From Piromyces finnis finn (Eukaryota; Fungi; Neocallimastigomycota), in contig MCFH01000003.1 of assembly GCA_002104945.1 (NCBI GenBank), positions 248,001-312,000 of the forward strand: a stretch of DNA of 64,000 nucleotides, given 5' to 3'. Positions within the stretch are counted from its first letter, which is position 1, and each line of letters begins with the position of its first letter. The position numbers and the translations under genes were made by a program. Below, in pieces: positions 35,336 through 53,437 of the stretch. Below the pieces are notes generated by a model that ran no database searches, was not told the DNA's origin, and was given only the letters and a program-made list of their open reading frames with translations.

Positions 35336-36478
35336 ATGTCACTTTCACAATTTTTTCAAACCGATAAATTTAATTTACAACAAGTTGTTACACCATGTAT
35401 AGGAAGTAAAAAGAATTTTTTAATCTTTAGAATAATAGCTTTTATTACTCTATTTTATGGTTTTGTGATTTCTATCTATAATTATTATTACAATTTCAAT
35501 GGTATTAAATTGAGGGTTTATTTACCATACTTTACCAATCAATCCTATATTGCCATTAATATTTATTTTATTGTAAGTTTTCGTATTATTAAAAATATAG
35601 ATTATATTTGCGGTTTAATTGAAATATATAAAATATAAAAAAATATTTGTATATTTTTTTTTTCAATGATTGCTATAACACTATAAACCACTTCTTCTAT
35701 TTATTTTTAGTTCTTTAATAAAAACAATTAAGTTTTAAAAAATATGATTTAAATTTGTAAATTTTTATACAAAGAATTTTTTAAAAATGAGTTTTTAACT
35801 TTTATATTTTAATATACCTATATATATACCTATATATTTTTATTGTATAGCTCACCATTTACCTCCAAATAAAAGATTTTAAAAATACTTTACCAAAAAG
35901 ATTCAACAATGAAAATTTAAATGTATTAGTTCATATCTTTTGTAATATATTACCACCATTAGCTTTACTTGTTACTATTGTTTTTTGATTATTAATTGCA
36001 CCAACTTTAGATTGGTCCTTATACAACCATTTCAATATTGAAGCTCATTTCCTTCAACATTTATTCCAAAGTATTTTCCTTTTAACCGACTGGTATTTAA
36101 TAAATGTTCCATCTAGTCTTAGTCACTGTATTCCTCCAGGTGTTTCTGGTATTATGTACTTTATTTTTGCTCAAATATACCATTATCTTTAGTAAGTTGT
36201 CCTCACAATAATTATTATTATTAATAATTTATTCGTTCATTTCATTAGTCATTTATTTAATATATTATGAATATAATTTATTTAGTGGAGATTGGATTTA
36301 TGATTTCTTAGATACAAAACATGAAAACTGGATTTTAACCTATATTATGGTTGTTGGATTTTGGATTGTTTTTAGTGTTATATTTTCTTATGTTCATATG
36401 AAAAAGTTTAAAGCTCGTAACAAGGAACCAAAAGAAGAAACTTCAAAAACCACAAAAAACCACAAAAAAACTAAATAA
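35336..36478 (+). pseudogene. FAR-17a/AIG1-like (rolling stone-like) membrane protein, copy 1, with in-frame TGA
   Basis: Three exons parallel to the downstream paralog. TGA at 35986-35988 lies where the paralog has TGG (VFWLL). A sequencing error is not excluded. Confidence 0.7.
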
Positions 36479-37037
36479 ATTATTATGAATAAAATAAAAA
36501 AAAAAAAAAAAAGGAAAACCTTTTAAAAATATTTATCAATCATTTAATAATACTAATCTATATAAATAAATATAAATATATCAAATAATAATAATAATAA
36601 TAAAAGAGATTATTTTGGTATTAATTCTTCTTTTACTATTTAACCTTTTTAATAGTATTATTATTAATATCAATATTAGCTCTTGTCAATATCCTTTTTT
36701 TTTTTTTTTTTTAATTTTTTTTAATAAGAAAAGTTGTATAATTGTATTAATTATTTAAATAAGGATAATAGTTCCTATATACATTTATAATTTAAAATTT
36801 TATTTTATATCAATGGTCTTAATCCATATGACAATTATACATTACTAAAGAGTTTAAATTATAAAATGACAATAATAATAAAGGTGCATCATCATTTAAA
36901 AGCAAAGCAAAACAAAACAAAAAATTTAAGTTTTTTTTTATTGGATTAAATTTAATTTAATTTTTGTTTAATTATTTTAAAATCAATTTTTTTTTTTTTT
37001 TTTTTTTTCCATTTATATATATATATATATAAAAACA

Positions 37038-38048
37038 ATGACTTTATCAAAGTTTTTTGGAACCAGTAAATTTAATCTTCAACAAGTTACAACATCGTAC
37101 ATAGGAAGTAAAACTAATTTATTTATTTACAGAATCTTTGTATTTATAATTCTACTTTATGGCCTTGCTCTTTCCATCTATCATTTTAAATTTAATTTTT
37201 ATGGTAATGAATTAAGAGTATACCTACCTTACTTTACTAATCAAGTTTTTATTGCTAATATTATCTATTTTATGGTAAATTTAATAGATGCCTATATATA
37301 CAATTTTTCTTTTTTTAAAAAAAATTTTTTTTTTCTAGAATATATGTTTATTATTATTATTATTATTATTTTATTATTATTATATATATAGCTAAGTATC
37401 ATACTACAAATAATAGATATGAAAAATGATTTACCAAAAAGATTTAAAAATGAAAATATAAATGTATTATTTCATGTCTTTTATAATGTTTTACCACCAT
37501 TAGCATTAATAGTTGCTGTTGTTTTTTGGTTGTTAATTAGTCCAAAGATAAAATGGGCCCGTTATGACAATTTAAATATTCAACGTCATTTAATTCAACA
37601 TCTTTTCCAGATTATTTTCATTTTAATTGATTGGTATTTAATCAATGTTCCAACTTCCCTTAATCATGCCTATCCTATGGTTGGTATTGGTATGATTTAT
37701 ATTGTTTTTGTTCATATTTATCATGCTCTTTAGTAAGTTTTTTTTTTTTTATAAATTATTTAATATAATAGATTATTGTTATATTATTTGATTTTTATGA
37801 TTTATAATTTATAAATATTATAAAAAATTATATATATGCGTTCAATTATTGTTGATGTTATTATAAATATAAATGTATATTTAATATTTAGTGGCAAATG
37901 GATATACAAATTCCTTAGCAGAAGAAATAAGTATTGGTTTGTTATTTATATTTTTGTTATTACATTTTGGATTGTACTAGGGGTTGTATTTACAAAATTT
38001 CAAATGAAAAAATACGAAAATCGTATAAAGGATGTAAAGAAGAAATAA
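37038..38048 (+). CDS. FAR-17a/AIG1-like (rolling stone-like) multipass membrane protein, copy 2, intact, 3 exons
   Basis: YLPYFTNQ, VFWLL, RHLIQHLFQ..LIDW and KWIYKFL motifs; about six hydrophobic helices; same intron positions as copy 1. Confidence 0.75.
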
Positions 38049-40149
38049 TAAACATGAATTATTAATAATAATTAAATTCCCAAGGTAATAGAAACAACAA
38101 ACTATGGCAGATAATTTAATTAGATTTTACTAATTATTCAAATAAAGAATATACCTTTGATACATTAAAATTTATTTTTTTTTAATATAAATTCATTTCT
38201 TTTTTTTTTTTTATTATAATTTAAATTTTTATGAATTTTAAGTAAATAAAAAAAAATAGTAAAACATATTGTAATCAGTAATATATATACATATATATTC
38301 AACAATGAATTATGGTGTTAATTCTATAGTGTTTATTTATTTATGTAATATGAAATAAATGATATCTTGAGAAATTTTAAATAATAAAATATTTCACATT
38401 TTCAAATTTTATATTTAATCAAGTTTGTAATAATAAAGAAGACAACGATAATAATACTACAAAGCAAAAAACGGATAATAATCCAAGGAACATTAATTTT
38501 CAACTTTAATTGAATGGAAGATGAATTTTCAAAATAAAGATAAAATGATGGATCATTTAAAAATATTAAATATCAAAAACTTGATAATTTTGTAAATACT
38601 TTTTTAAAAATTTATTTATTAACAAAGAAAAAAAAACTATTGAAACCAGCAGGATTCTTTTTAAATTATCTTTTTTTCCAAATAAAGAAACAAAGAAGAA
38701 AGGTTTTTTTTTTTTTTTTGTCAATTTTGGTATGATTTTGGTAAAAATTTAAAAGAGCTTAGGGAAAAAAAAAAAAAAATAGCTAAATGTAAATTATTTA
38801 TCATCAATAATTATTTATTAGAAAACCTTTATTTTTTTTTAATAAAAATGAATATAATATTCCTTTTTCCATAATTAATATTAATAAATTAATATATTAA
38901 AATCTTGTACAACTTTAATTAATAACACTTCTAAATTTGTATAATTTAATTTAATTAAAATTCTATTAATCATCAATAATTCATTATTGACCAATAAAAA
39001 TCATTCATATGAACGGCATCCTTTTATATTTTTCATTTAAAATTAATATTATTTAATATTATTATTTAAATTTATTATTTTTTTTGTAACTTTTTTTTTT
39101 TGATTTTATTTACCGTTTCATAAAAATTTCACAGAAATTAATGATATAAATTAATATATATATGATATATTTGAAATTGTATTAAATCATATATTATAAT
39201 ATAAAAATAGAATAGGAATATAAAGTTATTGGTTACACCGCAAATATTAAAAAATTATTTATTAAATAAAAGTTTAATATTCTAAATTTATTTTTTTTTC
39301 TTTTTGATAATAAACTTTATTTAATATATTTCCTTTTCATTATACCTAAAAAAAAAAAAAAAAAAATCTTTAATAGAAAAAAGGAATAATTTAAATAAAT
39401 AAAATATAAAATAATAAATTATTTAAATATATTATAATTAATTATAATAAAAAAGTTTTTTTTTTTTTTTAAATAAATCTTTCTATTAATGAATTGTTTT
39501 ATTTTTTCTTTCATACCATTTTATTAAACAAATCATTATTGTATAAAGAAAGAAAAAAAAAACTTTTGTAGATTATTTTAAAGTAATCTACTTTTTTTTT
39601 TTTTACCCTTTTATTATTTATTTTGTATATATAACTATTTATTATTAAAGTAGAAAAGAAAAAAAAAACACTATAAATAATATATATTAATAAAACATTC
39701 TACTTTTCATACAAAGAAAAAAAAAAGTATTTAGAAAGTTTAAACTTTTTCAATAAAAGAAAAAAAAAACAATATCAATATATATAATAATTATTTATGT
39801 ATATTGCTTTTCAAAATACTTTTCCCCCACAACATTTTTAATAGAAGTTTTATTCTTTTAGAAGAAAACACTATATAAACCTATAATATCAAAAGAGAAT
39901 ATTATATATTTTTTTTTATTTTTTGCTTACTGGTTAAAGTAAGATAATAGAAAAATATATATATCTATATATACTATACTGTTGATAAAATGATATTTAT
40001 TGTATATAGGTTTTCATTCTTTTAAAGTTTTTTTTTCTTTTATTATTATTTTATATCAACTTTTTTTTTTTTTTTAATTACATATTTAAGTTACAATAAT
40101 TTAATTTAATATTTAAAAGTTTATTTAAAAATTATATAATATTTATATT

Positions 40150-40192
<43 letters not shown>

Positions 40193-40273
40193 GCAGCTAA
40201 TAACTAATAATAATTAATAATAATTAATAATAAAATTAATCTTCACATTAAATAATTATATAAAATTTTCAAA

Positions 40274-45397
<5,124 letters not shown>

Positions 45398-46263
45398 AAT
45401 AAAAAAAAAAAAAAATGAGGATATGAAGGCAAAAAAAAAAAAAAAAAAAACCATCAAATAAATAAATACTAGTAATAAAAAAAAAGATTTCAAATACAAA
45501 AAAAAAAAATCAAATTTAATCAACAACGATAAAAACGTTAAAATATATAACTAACAAAACTCAATAATTTACATTGACTATATAAATAAAATTCCAAAAT
45601 AATAATTATGGAATTTTATATCTATAAAAAATATATATTATATATATATTATATAATATATACACTAATATAATATATAATATCATAAAATAATATATAT
45701 TAAAAAAAAAAGGTATATAATAGAATAATAATACAAAGAATAGTATAAGTTATGATAGTATATGACCTTTTGTTTTATTAATTAAATAATCATAGTATAA
45801 AAAAAAAAAAAAAAAAAAAAAAAACGTATGAAAGTATAACATAAGTATATAATCATACATAATAGAATATGATTTTTTTTTTAAATTATAAAGTAAATAT
45901 ATATACAATATTATTAGAAAAAAAAAAAAAGTAAATATTTCTAAAGTTATTACATCAAAACTAGTATTAATAATAATATATAAAGTATTTAAAAATGTAT
46001 AATATTTAAAAATTATGTCATAGGAAAAAAAATCCATTATTTATTTATTTTAAAAAAAAAAATATAAATAAATTATATATATATATAAAAAAAAAAAAAC
46101 GTCTGTAATCCCCCTAGTATTGAGTTTAGAATGAAATATTATTAAATATTATTCGTATTACCTCTTTTTTTTTTTTTTTTTGATGTGAAAAAGTATAATA
46201 AAAAAAAAAAAATAAATAAATAAAAATAAAAGGGAAAAAGGTTTTAAAATTTAAATGAACCTT

Positions 46264-46555
46264 TTAATCATTATAATTAAACCATGCTTTGTCAATTTCA
46301 TTTTCACTATCGAAACAATTACCGGGATCTAAATAAAGATATTCATCATTATTCTGATAATTATATTCATCAAAAGAATCATAATAATCATCATAACTAT
46401 CATAATCATTATTATAGCTATAACTATAATTATTGTTACTATTATACTTTTTATATTTTTTACGTTTTTCTGTTTTTTTCTTTTCTTTTTCAATTTTTTT
46501 ATTCTTTTTTTTTTCTTCCATATGACGTTTATAATCTTCTTCCTTGTAATCATCT
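46264..46555 (-). other. Possible terminal exon or short gene (K-rich then Y/D/N-rich; YLYLDPGNCFDSENEIDKAWFNY)
   Basis: Open frame with coding-like codon use and a candidate AG acceptor near 46555; no upstream exon found. Confidence 0.3.
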
Positions 46556-46758
46556 TTAATATTTAAATAACAATAATGTTAATTATTTAATTAATTTTTT
46601 TTTTTTTCAACTCATATTATATTATGAATATATATTTTATTTTATACATACATGGAATTTTAATATTTAATATCTTTCGATAAATTGGGTTATTAACATA
46701 AAAACAGAAATTTTTAAATAATACTAAAAAGTATTTCATAGTGTAATATGCATCATTT

Positions 46759-46791
<33 letters not shown>

Positions 46792-48855
46792 TTATAATTA
46801 GGATAATATTTATTATTTTATTCGTTTGGTTGATTAATTTATAAAAAAAAATATAAAAGTATCAAGAATGGTTTTAAAATCTATAAATAGTGATGAAAAC
46901 AAAAATAAATAATGATGACAGTTAGTGACGAAAAAATCATATTAGAAAAAAAAAAAAAAAATAAACAATGTAATAAATATATTAATATAAGCATTGAAAA
47001 TAATGTATATTTGAATAATAATATAAAAAATAGACAAAAAATATCTTTTAAAAAAAAAAAAAATGTTTATCCTTTATATAAGAAAAGGGAAAAAAAAAAA
47101 AAAAAAAAAAAATTTGAAAAGTTCAATAATAAAAAGATGAATTTCTATTCCATTCTATTTTTTTTTTTTTTTTTTTTTTTTTAATAGTGGGATATGATTA
47201 TAATACATGGCGAAAAATGTTTAAAGTTATAATATTACTAAAAAATAATTCATTTATAAAAATTAGATAGATAATAGGAAATTCATTTAATTACCACAAA
47301 AAAACTTGTTCCATTTTATATTTTCGTTTATAAATTATTTGATGATAGGTTTCATTTAACAATTTAGTTAATGGTAATGTGTATGTCTATATCAATAGGT
47401 TCAATATATAAAATATAAACATTACTCTTTAAAAAATTTTACCTATCTCATCCTTTAAACGCATTCAATATTCCATTTAATATTTTAATTAAAAAAAAAA
47501 AAAGAAAAAAAGATATTTCAAAAAAATAAAGACTCTTTTTTTTTTTATTATTATTTTTTATTATTATTATTATTTTTTATTATTACTTTTTTTTTTTTTT
47601 TACTATTATTATTTTATTTTATGTTTTTTTTTTTTTTTAATAACTCACTATATTTATATAAACTCTTTATAAATATAAAAATAAATTATTATGAAAAAAT
47701 TATATAATTCAAAACAATAACTTTTTTTTTTTATTTATTTGTTTATAGTTATTATTTTTCATTTAGATATTATAATTTGTTTAGTTTTGCTTTATTTTTC
47801 TTTAATTTTATATAGGTTGATAATTTAATTTATTATTATTGTTTTTACTATTATTATTTATAGTTTATTTTACGTTATTTGCTTTATTTTATTTTTTGTT
47901 TGTTTGTTTGCTTGCTTGTTTTATTTTGTTTGTTTTATTTTGTTTTTGTATTATTTTGTTTTTCTTGTAAAAAAAGTATTTTAAACTTTTTTTTTTTTTT
48001 ATAACAATTATTAATATTTTCATTATTAATAATATTAATAATTTTATATACTATTTTGAATAATAGTTTAGAAAAAAGTTTATATTAGATAATAAAAATA
48101 TATATAGGATCAAACTTTTTTTCTACTATTATTAAATGATTATTGCTTAAAAAAAGGTAGGTTACAAAATACCTTGCTTTTCTTTTCCTTTTTTTTCCCC
48201 CTTTTATGTTATTTGTGAAATAACATTGATATTTTAACTTACAAAAAAAAATATTAAATTAATATATTATTGCTTTATATATAAATTCACAATGAGTTTA
48301 TATTTTTAAATATATTATTAAATATTTGAATATTTTTTTTTTTTTTTTAAATTGACTATTTATATTTTTTTAATAAAAAAAAACATAAATATTTATTTTT
48401 GATTTTGAATTTCATATTGAATGTTTGTTATTTTTTTACTATCCATATGAAATGTTGCTGCTTAAAATATATATAATTTTTTCTTTTTCATTTTTTTTTC
48501 TCCCTATTTTTTTTTTTTTTTTATTTTTCCGCTTGAAGATTAAAAAAAAACTGAATGTAATAACTAAATAAAAACCTTTTATATACTGACTTCATTTATA
48601 TATATAGTACTATTAAATATTAACTTTAAAATATAAAGAAAAAATCGAATAAAACTGATATAATTATTTATGCGCTGTTTGAATTGTAAAATATATTTCA
48701 AATAGTTATTTGTTTTGGTTCGTTTTGCTATTATGTTTAATTAAATAATAAAAGGAAACCATTTAAAATATATAAATTTTGATATTGATATTGATATTGA
48801 TATTAATTGATGAATAATATGATATTGATTAAATTAAAAAAAAAAAAATAAATTC

Positions 48856-51234
48856 TTATTTTTTATTAAGGTAGAATATAAGTTTTGGGTATGAAAGTTT
48901 CATCAACATTTTTAAATCATCATTGCCATAAAGCTTGGTATCTGTGCCAAATTCATTGGAATAACTAATTCTTTCAATATAACCATCGTTTTCAGTATTT
49001 AATATGCAATTTTCAGCTTTAACTATTAAATTATCATATGAAATGTTACTATTGACTCTAACAGCAAATATTTCTTTACCACAAACAAATTTAACCTTAA
49101 TGCCTTCCTTATCTGAACCAAACAAGTTGCCATTTTTAAAATCTTCATCTTTAGTATCGAAAAACATTGAAAAGGTTCTCGCATTTTCTTTGACATGATC
49201 TTGACCATCTTCATCATAATTGTCATAATAGGAATCATCTTCGTATATTTCATTTCTTTTATTACGAACTTCGAAAAATCCAATATAAGCATCAGAAGAT
49301 TGAACGTTTTGTGATTGTTGAACTAAATATTGAAGAAATGAATCTAATATGGATTGGGTAATAAGATCCTTTGGTAAAAGATATGGGAGTAAACGTTTAG
49401 AATTCTCAGTTAAACCTGCTTCCTCTGGGCATTGGTCAATTAAATCAAAAATAAGTTTTTGGAAATCATTATAAGTACGGTATAATATATAACATTGACC
49501 ATCTCCTTTAAATATTTCCAATTGATAAACAATCTCTTCATTATCATCATCATCATATTTAGTTTCACTTGAACGAACGATGGCAGTGATAATTCTTTCT
49601 GAAAATCCAAGAATACGTTTCTTTTCTTGATTAAATCTCTTTGCATTACTTTCTTGTTTTGGCGATAAGTTGCTATTCATTTTTGACATTTCATAAGTCT
49701 TGATATTTAAAGATTTAATTTGATCTTCTAATTCAATATCATAATCACTTTCAACATCAGTTAATCTTGAAGTTTCTCTTTCACTATTCTTGTTATCATC
49801 CTCTTCGTGATCATAATCTCTATCATAATTTTTACTTTTATTGTAGTTATTATCATTTCTATCATAATCTTCATTATAATCATCACGATAGTCCTTTCTA
49901 TTCTTATCATAATTTCTGTCATAACTATCATAATCTCTGTAGGTATTACGACGATCATATTCATAATCTTTGTTATATCTTTTATCATCATAATCTCTTC
50001 TGTCATCATAATTTCTCCTGTCATCATAATCTCTTCTATCATCATATCTATCATCGTAATCCCTTCTGTCATCATAATTTCTCCTGTCATCATAATCTCT
50101 TCTATCATCATATCTATCATCGTAATCCCTTCTGTCATCATAATCCCTTCTATCATTGTAATCTCTTCTGTCACTATAATCTCTTCTATCATCATAATCT
50201 CTTCTGTAATCGTAATTTCTTCTGTCATCATAATTATTTCTATTATCATAATAACGGTCATCTGGGTATCTTCTGTCATCATAATTTCTTCTTTCATTTT
50301 CATAACTATTATGGTGACTACTTGTTGGACTTCTATATTCATCACGATCATCATAATAGCGATCTCTACTTTGACTTCTACTATTATCAGAGCGTTCTGA
50401 ACTTCGGCCACTGTCACTTCGTGAATATTTATTACTAAATGCGTTAAATTTGGATTGTTTTGAAGCTTGTCTTTTTGGTAATGGAAGAACTGGATTACCT
50501 CCATTATTCACATTGGTATCATCAATGGTTATAGCATTCTTTTTTTTCTCTACTTCATCAAAACAATTTCTTGGTACAAGACCTATTTTATTCATTCATT
50601 AACAATTACCATTACATTAATATATATATTAAACTTTATAATTCTTTTTATACTTTTCATTTTTCAAAAATAATATATATATAATATACATACCTTGAGT
50701 TTTTTCCAATGGATTACAAACTAAATAATAATTTTCCATTTCTTGAACAACAAAGAAAAAATCACCTTCTTTAAAGTTTAATTCCTTTGGATTTGGTGAT
50801 GTATAACTATGAATAGCTTTAATAATCTTTTTTGGAGGTAAATTTCCATTTTTTATATCTGCTGAGGCTGGATTAAAAGTATTTATTGGAGAGGATATAT
50901 TTGGAAGACGTGGGCTTACTCTTGGACTAACCATAGCCATACCACCGTATTGACTTTGTCCAAGACTTCCCTGACTAACATTACTGTTACTACGATTTGA
51001 ACGAGAAGATCCTTGACTAGAAAATGAATTACTAGCCATTGAACGACTATTGCCATATCTGTTATTTGGGTAATTTGAATATCCCATATTAGGACTTTTA
51101 TAAGAATTTGTTTTAATAGGATAAGGTCTACTTGTTGGTGAATTCATTGGTTTATAATTTCTATTAGTATTAGAATGATTGTTTTGTTTTAAAGAATAGG
51201 AAGATATAGATGAAGTACTTGAACTATAATACAT
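48856..51234 (-). CDS. BEM1: Bem1/Scd2-like polarity scaffold: SH3 - R/D/Y repeat - PX - PB1, 2 exons
   Basis: Exons 51234-50694 and 50582-48856. SH3 IIKAIHSYTSPNPKELNFKEGDFF..QGLVPRNCF; PX YILYRTYNDFQKL..DQCPEEAG..RLLPYL; PB1 GIKVKFVCGKEIFAVRV. Confidence 0.85.
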
Positions 51235-53337
51235 TTTTTTTATAAAGTAATATGAATTTTTATATTAGTTACTATCTTTTCTTTTTTTACAAAAATACTT
51301 TATTATATATATTAAAATTAAATCCTATATAAAATTTATCTATATACTTTTAAATAATTTAAAAAAAAAGTATTCTATATATATATAAATACTAAAACAA
51401 CATAGGTATATATATATATTAAAACTTTTTTCAAAAAAAAAAAAAAAAATTCACATTGAAATAATTAAAATGTGAAAATGTTATATTAACAATAAATGTA
51501 ATGAAAATCATTTAACTACTTACTATTGCTTGTTAAAATTTTAATATAGGATAATTGAAGTTGTAAAATTGTATTTCAATTGAATTTATTTACTATATTC
51601 TTTTACAATTTTCTTTAATAATATTTACATGTTAATTTTGTATAAAGATTTTTTCTATTTTTTTAATTTTTTCCTTTCAATTGTTTTTTTTTTTTTGTTC
51701 AATCTGTTGTATTACTGTAATACTTTTATTATTTAGCAAAATAATATATTTTAATAATATTATTTTACATAAAACAAGAGATGTACCTATGTGAAATGTA
51801 GAAGAAAAAGAAACAAATTATATATAAATCCTTTTAAAGATTGAAAAAAAAAATTGTTAATAAAAGGCAATGGGAATGTTTTTATTATTATTTATTTAAA
51901 AAAAAAAAAAATTAGAAATATATAATTTTTATTATAAAATAAAGTTTTACACTCCATGATTATATATATATATTAAATATTAAATACATATATTAGATTC
52001 AATTGAAATTTTATTACTTTATTGGTTTTTCTATACATTATAATATTAATATTATTTCATACTAATATAATACTAATATAATTTCAATATATTAATATTT
52101 ATTAAATAATGTTTAATTAAAAATAATAATTATTAAAATTTTTGTTCAAGTTTTATACCATTTTCAATAGAATATTAATTAATAACAAGGTCTATTATTT
52201 ATTATTTCAATATATTCCATTATATTCTAATATATAGAATAATATCAAATTTGTTTTAATCTAATTTTTTAATTAAAAAAAATGGGATCGTTGGTTTTAT
52301 AGATTAAATATAATAGTAATAATATATTGGAATCTATTCCAAAAAATGACTAAAAAGTGTGGTTCATTTCTGCTAACAACATTTTTACAAAGTTTTAATA
52401 TAAATATACTTATTTTTTAATATAAAAATAAAAATCCATGCTACTTTTAATAATAAGCTTTTCATCATCTATCTTAAACCATTCATCATCAATAGTTAAT
52501 GGTAAAAAAAAAAAAAAAAAGTAAAAGATCAATAATAAATTGTTTTACTTTGTAACATGAATTAATACAACAGCAGTTCAACATAACCAACATGAATTAT
52601 TGGTATATTTAAATTTCTGTAGCAGAACAGATGAATAACTCTATTTCTATTTCTTTTTTTTAAAACAATAGCGTTGTAGGATGAAACTCCTTAAAAAATT
52701 AAAAACCTTATTTATTATAATTTTATTTATATTCAAAGAAAAATGATGTAGAGAATGACATAAATTAAAAAAATTTAATATAAATTAAATTCATAAAATA
52801 AATAAATTAATTAATTAAATAAATAAATTAAATAAATAAATAAATTAAATAAATAAATTAATAAAAAAAGACAACTGGCAAACAAAGAATTTAAACTGCA
52901 GGTATCCTTCACACCAGTGTTGTCTAGAGAATTCATTAGACTGACTAACCTCATTATTAGTAAATAGTACTTATGAAAAAAAAAGATTAAATCAGCATAA
53001 CATTTAAATTCTATATATAATATAGCTATATAAAAGAAATAGTATTTTAATTTCCATGGTATAAATTATGTAACAACTAAAAATATTCTCCCACAAGATC
53101 AACCTTCAAGTACCATCTTTTATTACATAAAATAAAACAAATATTTTAATTCAATGATTGAAATAATACTAGATTCCTTTTTTTTGCTTTTAGTAAAGAA
53201 TATTTTATAATAGAATGTATATTTCCTTTTTACTTGAAACTTACTACTCATTTAAAAAAGTAATAGATTTTTTTTTTAAATAATAAAAAATAATTATCCA
53301 CTTTTAATGTTATTTCTAATTTTAATATAAATAATAG

Positions 53338-53437
53338 AATTATCACGTGTAATGATTTATTTATTTAATAATTCAAAAAAAAAAGGGAGTTAGATTTAAC
53401 ATAAATCTATGATAAAATATCATTACACGTGATAATT
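53338..53437. repeat. Perfect 19-bp inverted repeat, each arm containing CACGTG, with an internal 8-bp hairpin
   Basis: aattatcacgtgtaatgat (53338-53356) and atcattacacgtgataatt (53419-53437); tagattta-aca-taaatcta at 53391-53409. Confidence 0.85.

Noticed and set aside
49761-50504. Long alternative-frame ORFs over the Bem1 repeat (also 56972-57610 and 58193-58873)
   Set aside because: Shadow frames produced by stop-poor tandem repeats of the real coding sequence.
52550-53120. GC-richer patches as exons or snoRNAs
   Set aside because: No consistent spliced frame, recognisable peptide, paired C/D boxes or TSD could be found.
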